Part shown: one piece after another, positions 56,755-64,000 of the stretch
How positions within the stretch are numbered: the first letter of the stretch is position 1
How the letters are laid out: each line of letters starts with the position of its first letter
Origin: Candidatus Nanohaloarchaea archaeon
GTDB lineage: Archaea > Nanohalarchaeota > Nanosalinia > Nanosalinales > Nanosalinaceae
Direction of reading: 5' to 3'
Length of the DNA stretch: 64,000 nt
NCBI GenBank assembly: GCA_014297435.1
Contig: JACOQA010000001.1
Location: forward strand, 192,001-256,000
Position numbers and translations under genes: made by a program
Notes under the pieces: generated by a model
The model's database searches: none
What the model saw: only the letters and a program-made list of their open reading frames with translations
Told to the model about the DNA's origin: nothing

Positions 56755-56829
56755 GCGGAGCTGGTGTAGTCTGGCCCATCATATCACCCTGTCACGGTGA
56801 TGACCCGGGTTCAAATCCCGGGCTCCGCG
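56755..56829 (+). tRNA. tRNA-Asp(GTC)
   Basis: GCGGAGCTGGTGTAGTCTGGCC...TCACC-CT-GTC-AC-GGTGA...GGTTCAAATCCCGGGCTCCGCG. Confidence 0.95.
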
Positions 56830-56842
56830 CTCTAATGTTCTC

Positions 56843-57613
56843 TCAAGGCACTTTACCATCAAATAGCTTCTTTAATTGCTTTTTAGGATGCCTCGGCTTT
56901 ATTTTAGTTAGAAATTCTTCTACTTCATCTCCGGTTATGTATGTTCTGTACATGTCTCTACAGTTTTCTCGCTTGTCTATAAAGCGGTAAGTGTTGTGTT
57001 CTAGATTAAAATCTGATAGTAAGTTCTCCGTAGTTTCCGCGAGTGGCTTACTAATGGTATTAAAAATTAGTCGTTTCTGATTTAGATCTAGATGACCATC
57101 TGTGTCTATAAGCCCTCTCAAAAATCCTTTTTTGAACTCTTTGCTGATTTCATTTTGCTTTAGGTGTATTGAAGCTGTTTTGTCTTTTTTGTCCCAATCT
57201 AGGTGTTTTGAGAAGAATTTGTAGATTACCTTGGATTCGTACCGCAGTCTAAGTCGGTTGAACTCTTTTTGTTTGAGTGTTAGCGGTTCTTTGTTTAATT
57301 TTTCTGTTAGCAGTTCTTGGACTTCTTCCCAGTAATTGTCGTTTATGTTAAGGGTGATAGTTATGCGGTACTTGTGATTAGCTTTTTCGTGGTAAAAGTT
57401 TCCGTCTCCTGCGAATATTCCGCATAGCTCTCCTTTAAACTCTTCACATTCAGGTATCTCTGGCTGGTTCTCCTTCTGTTTCTGCCCTACCTCTTTCCGG
57501 AAATGGTAATAGACAGTTGATTTAGGTATTTTTAGTTCTTGTTTTATTTTGTTGACTGATTTGCCGTCTGAAGCCATTTTCCGGATACTTTTGATTTCTT
57601 TCTCGGAGACCAT
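56843..57613 (-). mobile_element. Free-standing two-motif LAGLIDADG homing endonuclease with N-terminal HTH
   Basis: ELCGIFAGDG and FLRGLIDTDG motifs; KSVNKIKQELKIPKSTVYYH HTH; AT-rich DNA, Lys-rich protein; no intein or intron context. Confidence 0.85.
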
Positions 57614-57687
57614 TACTTACTGAAAATGGATGTTCTTTAAATCGCTTCAGCGTCAGTTCATTTGACGGCTCTGTAAAAAAGATCTTT

Positions 57688-57963
57688 TTAATCAGCCTTC
57701 CTTTTTAGTCGTGCGTAAGCACGAACATTTTCAGACTCGCCATATTTGTTAGTGTCGACAGCTTGAAGATTTCCTCGGTATGCGAACCATGAGGGATTTT
57801 TCTCTACGTCATCAAATTTTCTAAAGTCTGGAAGTAATATTTTTTCTACTGCTTCAAGACCGGTTTCGGTTGTCTCATCCAGTTCAGGTATATCAATATT
57901 GGAGGCGAAGTTTTCGAGTAAATCCTCATCTAGGGTGTAGCCGACGGTTTCTTCGTAACTCAT
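57688..57963 (-). CDS. Hypothetical protein
   Basis: 91-aa ORF. Confidence 0.6.
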   Translation of the reverse strand: MSYEETVGYTLDEDLLENFASNIDIPELDETTETGLEAVEKILLPDFRKFDDVEKNPSWFAYRGNLQAVDTNKYGESENVRAYARLKRKAD

Positions 57964-58050
57964 ACTTCTGTAATTGTATTAGTAAGTAATAAGTCAGTAT
58001 CTAAGGTATTACTCTGTAATAAAAAAGAAAAATAGGGGAACTAATTAGGC

Positions 58051-58653
58051 TTAGATTTCGAGGTCTGAGACCTTCAAGAACCGTTCTCCAGCTTCATCCC
58101 AATCAACTACATCGAAGAAAGAGTCGATGAAATCTCCTCTCTCCGGTCCGTAGTCGTGGTAGTAGCTGTGTTCCCAGACATCCAAAGCAAGGACTGGGTG
58201 TGCGCCCCATACCGCATGTTCATCGTGCTTGTCAACAGCAACGTTGTGAAGCTCATCTTCACGTGGGATGTAGACTAGTAGAGCCCATCCTGAAGCGCTT
58301 GAAGCTGCGGCCTTGAACTCTTTCTTCCAGTTCTCGTAACTGCCGAAGTCCTCCTCTATCTTCTGCATTAATTCTCCTTCGGGCTTTCCCCCTCCATTGG
58401 GACTCATGTTTTTCCAGAAACGCTCGTGTAGTACGTTACCTGAGAAATTGTGTGTGAAGTTAGTTAGAATTGCGCCTGTATCGGAGTAATCATCGTTTTC
58501 TCTCTGTTCTTTCAGCCTTTCTTCGGCCTTGTTCGCACCGTTGACGTAGCCTTGGTGGTGGACATCGTGGTGCCACTCCATCACTTTTCTTGAGATCGCC
58601 GTTTCCAAAGCATCGTAGTTGTAAGGTAGTTCTACAAGTTCGTATTCAGCCAT
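58051..58653 (-). CDS. sod: Fe/Mn superoxide dismutase
   Basis: LPYNYDALE, HHDVHHQGYV, LHERFW, DVWEHSYY. Confidence 0.96.
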   Translation of the reverse strand: MAEYELVELPYNYDALETAISRKVMEWHHDVHHQGYVNGANKAEERLKEQRENDDYSDTGAILTNFTHNFSGNVLHERFWKNMSPNGGGKPEGELMQKIEEDFGSYENWKKEFKAAASSASGWALLVYIPREDELHNVAVDKHDEHAVWGAHPVLALDVWEHSYYHDYGPERGDFIDSFFDVVDWDEAGERFLKVSDLEI

Positions 58654-58768
58654 TCTTAGTTTCACCTAATAAATAGAATTATTGGTTCTAGGATTATGTA
58701 CGTTTACGTTCCTATCAGGTAACCTTTCGAGTTCTTAAAGAAATATAAGAGGAAGAAAAAAGGGTCCT

Positions 58769-59398
58769 TTAAGGGGCGGTTGTGTTAGCTGTCCCGTTAG
58801 CCATCCTCTGTCTCATCTGCTGAATCTGCTTAGCGCGCTGAATCTGCTGATCTATCGGAGCGCCCTGGAAGAGGTACTTACCGTCCTTTGATACAAAGTA
58901 AGGTTGACTTACTTCCTCCGTCTGGTTGGTCCTAGGATTTACCTGGGAGACGTTGACTGTTGCCTGGTAAACGCCGCTAACCTCTTTCATATCTACTACT
59001 TCTGCTTCTGAACCAGTTACTTCTAGGAGTTCATTCAGAGAATTTCTGGCGTCCTGCATACTACCTGAATCTGTCATAGATGCTGCTCCAAGCCCCCCGA
59101 TAAGTCCGATTACGATACCGATGATTGCTCCTCCGGCTAGAACTGCTTCTGGGGAGTAGGATCCTAGAAGTCCGTTACTTGTTTCTTCTTCGATCTCCTC
59201 CGCTACTTCATCCAGTTCCTCGGGTTCTTCAGTATCGGTTGCCTTTGATTCTAGGAAGTCCTTGATGGTCTTCCTGTCTTTACCTTCTTTTTCGAGGTCG
59301 AGGAGCTTTCCGTAGTCAGGGTTTTTAAGATCCCTGATGGACTGCTTCACGTCCTCGACGTCGTTATCAAGTATATCTCCATAGTCGTCGTCCGTCAT
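58769..59398 (-). CDS. Membrane protein: small cytoplasmic helical domain, TM, DsbC-N-like segment
   Basis: LLDLEKEGKDRKTIKDFL; TM; GVYQATV...FVSKDGKYLF. Confidence 0.7.
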   Translation of the reverse strand: MTDDDYGDILDNDVEDVKQSIRDLKNPDYGKLLDLEKEGKDRKTIKDFLESKATDTEEPEELDEVAEEIEEETSNGLLGSYSPEAVLAGGAIIGIVIGLIGGLGAASMTDSGSMQDARNSLNELLEVTGSEAEVVDMKEVSGVYQATVNVSQVNPRTNQTEEVSQPYFVSKDGKYLFQGAPIDQQIQRAKQIQQMRQRMANGTANTTAP

Positions 59399-59507
59399 GT
59401 AATCCAAGAGGGGCAAGGACTTTTTAAAAAATATTTGAGGTATAGATGGTTCTAAGCATACTATTCTCGAGTAAAAAATCTCTTTTTTGAGGGAAAAAGG
59501 TGGTTTT

Positions 59508-59705
59508 TTATGCGAAGATTTCGTCCTTCCAGTTGCCCTGGTCGGTTTCTTCGGCTTCATCAGAGTCTCCTACGTCCTGGTAGGTTTCGTATTCTCTGAT
59601 GCATTTGGAGCATTTGTTGATTCCTTGGTGCTCCTTGATCTCGACCTCTTGGTCGAACTCGTTTTCAACTTCCTCCCTCGTCCTTCCACAGACCTTACAC
59701 TTCAT
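59508..59705 (-). CDS. Small CxxC...CxxC zinc-binding protein
   Basis: CKVCG...CSKC. Confidence 0.75.
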   Translation of the reverse strand: MKCKVCGRTREEVENEFDQEVEIKEHQGINKCSKCIREYETYQDVGDSDEAEETDQGNWKDEIFA

Positions 59706-59940
59706 AATAATGTTGTTATTTGATAGTAAATGTTTTATAGCTTGGGTTGGATCCCTGCACCTCCAGCCAGAATTTAATGAAAGAACGTTCAGATATCAAA
59801 TAAAGATGTTAAAAGCAGTAAATCGTTTTAAATTACCTTTAAACAGAAATTCCATACCTGAAAATCATTATTAGCTTTGTTTTACTACTTAAACACTATC
59901 TAGCAAGGGTCTTTTAATCTAAGGGTTGTCTGTTTAGGTG

Positions 59941-60030
59941 ATGAGGAAGTGCGTGAAAAAAGGATGTAGCAATGTAACTATGTTCGGTCTTTGCAACGAA
60001 CATACGAGTGAAAGAGTCCAGAAGTTTTAG
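59941..60030 (+). CDS. 29-aa Cys/His microprotein (not in ORF track)
   Basis: MRKCVKKGCSNVTMFGLCNEHTSERVQKF. Confidence 0.5.
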   Translation: MRKCVKKGCSNVTMFGLCNEHTSERVQKF

Positions 60031-60125
60031 GGATCGGAGCAATCACGCACAAAACCACAATTAAAACATTTCAACTCGCACGCAACAAATTCTGACATCT
60101 TTCCGCCGCAGTTCCAGCACTCCAT
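60027..60125 (-). CDS. 32-aa zinc-finger microprotein, HVO_2523-like (not in ORF track)
   Basis: MECWNCGGKMSEFVACELKCFNCGFVRDCSDP; 2 bp downstream of ferredoxin. Confidence 0.75.
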   Translation of the reverse strand: MECWNCGGKMSEFVACELKCFNCGFVRDCSDP

Positions 60126-60127
60126 AT

Positions 60128-60433
60128 CTAGATCCACTCAGGTTCCGAAATCTTGACGTCTCCGTAAACTTTAGCTTGACAGCTCAAACGGAAAGGTCCT
60201 TCGAGTACTTCTTCGCCTTGGAAACGTTTCAAGGTGTTTTCCTCATCCTTCTGTCGAGGCGAAAGGTTATCCATTCCTTCCTCGACCTTCACTCTGCATG
60301 TAGTACAGTTGCAGAAGCCGCCGCAGGCATGAAGCCATTCAACTCCGCCTTCGAGTAATGCATTGAGAATATCTTGTCCGTCTTCAGCTTCAACCTCATC
60401 GCCTCTATCGACAACTTCGATTTTGTGTGTCAT
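60128..60433 (-). CDS. 2Fe-2S ferredoxin (adrenodoxin-type Cys spacing)
   Basis: HACGGFCNCTTC...RLSCQ. Confidence 0.92.
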   Translation of the reverse strand: MTHKIEVVDRGDEVEAEDGQDILNALLEGGVEWLHACGGFCNCTTCRVKVEEGMDNLSPRQKDEENTLKRFQGEEVLEGPFRLSCQAKVYGDVKISEPEWI

Positions 60434-60538
60434 ACTTCGAATGTTCTGTCTAAAATTGAAATAACGAGGGGTGAAACGACCAAAAATAACTCGAGACTTC
60501 TATCCAATAGATAGAAAGAGAGGAGGGTTGGGTTTTTT

Positions 60539-61714
60539 CTAGAGAACCAGTGAGAGGAACATAGTTCCTAGAAGCAGGATCCAGCCTAGGATCGAGAAAG
60601 CATCTAAAACACTTCTCGAGCCTTCTCCTGCAAACTTCTCCAGTACGGCGTCAACAGTCCATCCTCCGTCAAGCGGTTTCAAAGGAAGCATGTTGAACAT
60701 TCCGATCAGGAAGTTGAGGAATCCGACCGTAAGCAGCAGGTTGTTAAACCAGTTTAGTATTCCTGAGTAACCGGAGTAAGCGGATTTCATTACCTGTGTC
60801 TGACCTATGTTTACTCCCATGTAACCTCCCTGTTCGCCTTCCTTGTTTACGGTCTGGAATGTGAAGTTGCCTTCGGAGCTCCAGATATTTACCGTGTCAT
60901 TAACCTCTAAATCTGAGGCAGCGTTCTCCAGATCTTCTAAGGTTTCTATATCTTGTCCGTTGATCTGGTTGATAGTTCCGTTATCCATTCCGGCGTCCAT
61001 AGCAGGGTAACCCTGTTGAGCGTCGTAAAAAACTCCTGACGGAACTGTGAGGAACGCGGTAAATGCAAGACTGCCGCCAAGGAATAGCGCTGCTGTAAGA
61101 TAGTTCGCGAAGCTTCCTGCACAAAGCACCTTAATTCTCTGTTTCCAGTTGCCTTGGTGCCAGTGTCCTTCAACATCTTCATCGACATCTGCGCCTGGAA
61201 GCATTCCCTCGCCCTTAGGTTCTACGAAAGCTATCGGGAAGATTCCCATTATTCCCCAGCCAACCGAGTTAAGCTCGAAGTCCTCAGCTCTGGCAACGAT
61301 ACCGTGGGAGAACTCGTGGACTATCATCAGTACTGCGATACTTGCTATCCAGTACTCGACTGGAATAAATGAGACTCCGGGGTTGAACTGGTTTTCAGCT
61401 ACTATTCCCGGAAGGATTAGTGAAGGTCCGTTCTGAAGGCTCTGGGTCTGAAAGATGTCGAAGAATGTGTACCCTACCAGAGCCAGGGAACCGAAGATCG
61501 AGATTATTCCTGTCAAGACGCCAGCCCACCCATATGCGTTCCAGAAACGTGGAAACCTTTTGGCGGTTCTATCGATAAAGGATATACCGCGCTGTGTACG
61601 GCGGTAAAAAATTATGAAGTGTCTCTGGACTTTTTCCCGGTCAAGCCACAGGAATGCTGCGAGACCGGCGGTAAACAGTACGAAGAATATTAGCCTTGGA
61701 TTAGCATCTATCAT
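60539..61714 (-). CDS. Site-2 protease (M50) with PDZ-like insert
   Basis: VHEFSHG, AGSFAN, FNMLPLKPLDGG. Confidence 0.92.
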   Translation of the reverse strand: MIDANPRLIFFVLFTAGLAAFLWLDREKVQRHFIIFYRRTQRGISFIDRTAKRFPRFWNAYGWAGVLTGIISIFGSLALVGYTFFDIFQTQSLQNGPSLILPGIVAENQFNPGVSFIPVEYWIASIAVLMIVHEFSHGIVARAEDFELNSVGWGIMGIFPIAFVEPKGEGMLPGADVDEDVEGHWHQGNWKQRIKVLCAGSFANYLTAALFLGGSLAFTAFLTVPSGVFYDAQQGYPAMDAGMDNGTINQINGQDIETLEDLENAASDLEVNDTVNIWSSEGNFTFQTVNKEGEQGGYMGVNIGQTQVMKSAYSGYSGILNWFNNLLLTVGFLNFLIGMFNMLPLKPLDGGWTVDAVLEKFAGEGSRSVLDAFSILGWILLLGTMFLSLVL

Positions 61715-61767
61715 ATATTCTTAGTTCGGGCAGGTGATGTTTAAAACTGGACCGACTTCGTCAGCTT

Positions 61768-62625
61768 ATGGAGTCTGCAGATCTTCATATGCATACAACT
61801 GCTTCTGACGGAACTGACTCAGTAGATGAAAGAGTTGAACAGGCTAAAGAAAACGGTATTAGGTGTATTGCGGTGACCGATCATGACGCCATCCCGGACG
61901 AATTGAATAATCAGGTCGAAAAAAGAAGTGGCGTGGAAGTCATTACGGGTTCTGAGATAAAATGTGAAGTCGATGGCGAGAAGATTGAGATTCTTGCATA
62001 TTTCATAGATCCGGAAGAAGACTCGACTAACAAAATTTTCAAGCAGCTTAAGAAAAACAGGCAAAACCGTATGAAGGAAATGGTCAGAAAACTTGACTCG
62101 GAGATCAGGGAAGACATTCGGTATCAAGACGTAGTCAGTCGGGCGGATGGAACCGTTGGTAGACCGCATCTCGCAAAGACTCTGGAGGAGAAGAGCGTAG
62201 TCAAAACTTCTGAGGAAGCTTTTGAAAAACTGATTGGCTCTAAACATGAGGCATATGTTGAAACACCAAAAATACCGGCAGAGAAAGTTATCAATCTGGT
62301 TCACGAAGCAGGAGGCGTCACATCCCTCGCACATCCGGGAAGATCTCTGGAGAAAGAGGAAGCGTTTGAGAAAGTGAAAAAATTGAAACAAGCGGGTTTG
62401 GATGCTATAGAGGTTGAATATACGTACCAGCAGAAGATTGAGCGGGACTCCTTCACAATTCACTTCGCTGAAGATTATGCTAGACAGATAGCAGATAGGT
62501 TAGACTTATTGAAGACGGGAGGGACCGACTGCCACGGCTCAAACTCTGAAAAATTCAATATAGGAGATGTAACCATACCATACAAGAGAGTTGAGAAGCT
62601 CAGATCCAGAGCTTCAGGTCTGTAA
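61768..62625 (+). CDS. PHP-domain phosphoesterase
   Basis: DLHMHTTASDG, VTDHD, GRPH, LAHP, TGGTDCHG. Confidence 0.92.
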   Translation: MESADLHMHTTASDGTDSVDERVEQAKENGIRCIAVTDHDAIPDELNNQVEKRSGVEVITGSEIKCEVDGEKIEILAYFIDPEEDSTNKIFKQLKKNRQNRMKEMVRKLDSEIREDIRYQDVVSRADGTVGRPHLAKTLEEKSVVKTSEEAFEKLIGSKHEAYVETPKIPAEKVINLVHEAGGVTSLAHPGRSLEKEEAFEKVKKLKQAGLDAIEVEYTYQQKIERDSFTIHFAEDYARQIADRLDLLKTGGTDCHGSNSEKFNIGDVTIPYKRVEKLRSRASGL

Positions 62626-62658
62626 AACCCTATTAAAGTTGAGTTCTAATCCGGTTCT

Positions 62659-64000
62659 ATGAGTCAAGATCAAAGACCTCTTTTCTGGTCGGACCAGTTA
62701 GCGTTCGGAGTAACGCAGAAATATCCTGACCGAGAAACATACGTATGCGCCTCGGGTATCTCTCCCTCAGGGATCGTACACGCCGGAAACTTCAGAGAAA
62801 TTATAACAACTGATTTTGTCGTCAAATCCCTCAAAAACAGGGATGAGAAAGTCAGGTTCATCTACTCGTGGGACGACTATGACCGTTTCAGAAAGGTTCC
62901 CGCAAATGTTCCTGACGAGTTCGAAAAACATATTGGAAAGCCTGTTTCTAAAGTCCCTGATCCGGAAGGATGTCACGACTCATACGCAGAACACTTCGAA
63001 TCGCAGCTTGAGGAAGAGCTCGAGGACATGCATATGGATATCGAGTTCATCCGGCAGACACCTAAGTTCGAGAACGGAGACTATGCTGATTTAATCAAGA
63101 AGGCGATGAAAAATAGGCAGGAAATCAAAGAAATACTGGACAAATACAGGAAAGAGCCTAAGGAAGAACCTTACTATCCTCTAAGTGTTTACTGTACTGA
63201 GTGCGGTAAGGACTTTACGGAAGTAAGGGATTACAACGGCGAATACACAGTAACTTACTACTGTAATGAATGTGGTACAGAAGAAGAGCTGAACTTCAAG
63301 GAAGAAGGAAATGTCAAGCCGCCTTGGAGAATAGATTGGCCGATGCGATGGGAGTATGAAGAGGTTGATTTCGAACCTGCAGGAAAAGAACACTCTGCGG
63401 CAGGAGGTTCTAGAGATACAGGAAACGAACTGGCGGAGAAGATTTTCGATAAAGAGCCGCCCGTCCACCAGATGTACGAGTTTGTCACGAAGGATGGCGG
63501 AAAGATCTCCTCAAGCTCAGGAGAGGATGTCTTCACAATCTCTGAACTGAAGAAGGTTTACAGCCCTGAGATGATCAGATTTCTGTTCTCAAACACGAAG
63601 CCGAACAAATCGTTCGAAATTCCTTTCGTTGATGAGGAAATCTTCCAGCGATACGAGAAGTTCGACAAGATTGAATCAGCTTACTTTAACCCTGAGAAAA
63701 TGGAGAACGACAGGAAAAGAAAGCACTGGAAGCGAGTGTATGAGATGGCGATGGTAGAGATACCTGAAGAAGAACCTGTCAGGATTCCTTTCAAACAGGC
63801 ATCGTTCATCGCACAGACAGTTCCTGAAGAGAAATGGGAGACCAAAGGCTTCGAGTCTCTTAGAAGGACTGGACATCTTCCGGATGAACTCTCCGAAGAA
63901 GACAAGCAAAGAACTCTGGACAGGCTTGAGAGAGCGAAGAACTGGGCAAGAGACTATGCGCCGGAGGATTATGTCTACGAAATAAACAACGAGATTCCAG
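62659..64000 (+). CDS. lysS: Class I lysine--tRNA ligase (3'-truncated; not in ORF track)
   Basis: CASGISPSGIVHAGNFREI, WDDYDRFRKVP, KPPWRIDWPMRW, FEPAGKEH, KISSSSG. Confidence 0.95.
   Translation, partial: MSQDQRPLFWSDQLAFGVTQKYPDRETYVCASGISPSGIVHAGNFREIITTDFVVKSLKNRDEKVRFIYSWDDYDRFRKVPANVPDEFEKHIGKPVSKVPDPEGCHDSYAEHFESQLEEELEDMHMDIEFIRQTPKFENGDYADLIKKAMKNRQEIKEILDKYRKEPKEEPYYPLSVYCTECGKDFTEVRDYNGEYTVTYYCNECGTEEELNFKEEGNVKPPWRIDWPMRWEYEEVDFEPAGKEHSAAGGSRDTGNELAEKIFDKEPPVHQMYEFVTKDGGKISSSSGEDVFTISELKKVYSPEMIRFLFSNTKPNKSFEIPFVDEEIFQRYEKFDKIESAYFNPEKMENDRKRKHWKRVYEMAMVEIPEEEPVRIPFKQASFIAQTVPEEKWETKGFESLRRTGHLPDELSEEDKQRTLDRLERAKNWARDYAPEDYVYEINNEIP

Noticed and set aside
61819-62463. 214-aa antisense ORF and the many other shadow ORFs in the track
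   Set aside because: They lie opposite or within well-supported genes and have Ser/Phe/Leu-rich composition typical of antisense to Glu/Lys-rich coding DNA.
1-64000. CRISPR array, rRNA, integrase, transposase or prophage
   Set aside because: I saw no regularly spaced repeats, rRNA-like tract, recombinase motifs or duplicated tRNA 3' ends.

Overview
This is a compact, gene-dense archaeal chromosomal segment with moderate GC and mostly acidic, Glu/Asp-rich proteins. It most likely comes from a Nanohaloarchaeota (DPANN) genome; that is inferred from composition, compaction and gene content. Housekeeping genes include nop5, fibrillarin, archaeal MAT, a sufB-D-S-U-C cluster, ribL, an XPD/Rad3 helicase, nreA, ychF, hisS, aMBF1, rpl10e, dph2, sod and class I lysS (truncated). 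There is also a sugar-nucleotide cluster and four intronless tRNAs (Gly-TCC, Ala-CGC, Glu-CTC, Asp-GTC). I read several small ORFs missing from the ORF track directly from the DNA: a short histone, an RHH protein, three Cys-rich microproteins, a small membrane protein and two pseudogenes. The best leads are: (1) a candidate regulon, in which a GTTCGA-N6-TCGAAC palindrome sits both upstream of a membrane-anchored ArsR-type regulator and 35 kb away in the divergent promoter of an ABC/NEW3 operon and a secreted protein; (2) an orphan protein made of three TFB-core-like repeats; (3) a free-standing HTH-LAGLIDADG endonuclease abutting tRNA-Asp; (4) two non-canonical histones; (5) two apparent pseudo-enzymes; (6) a kinase/phosphoesterase pair. 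I saw no CRISPR array, rRNA, integrase or transposase. All family calls come from motif recognition by eye, with no database search.
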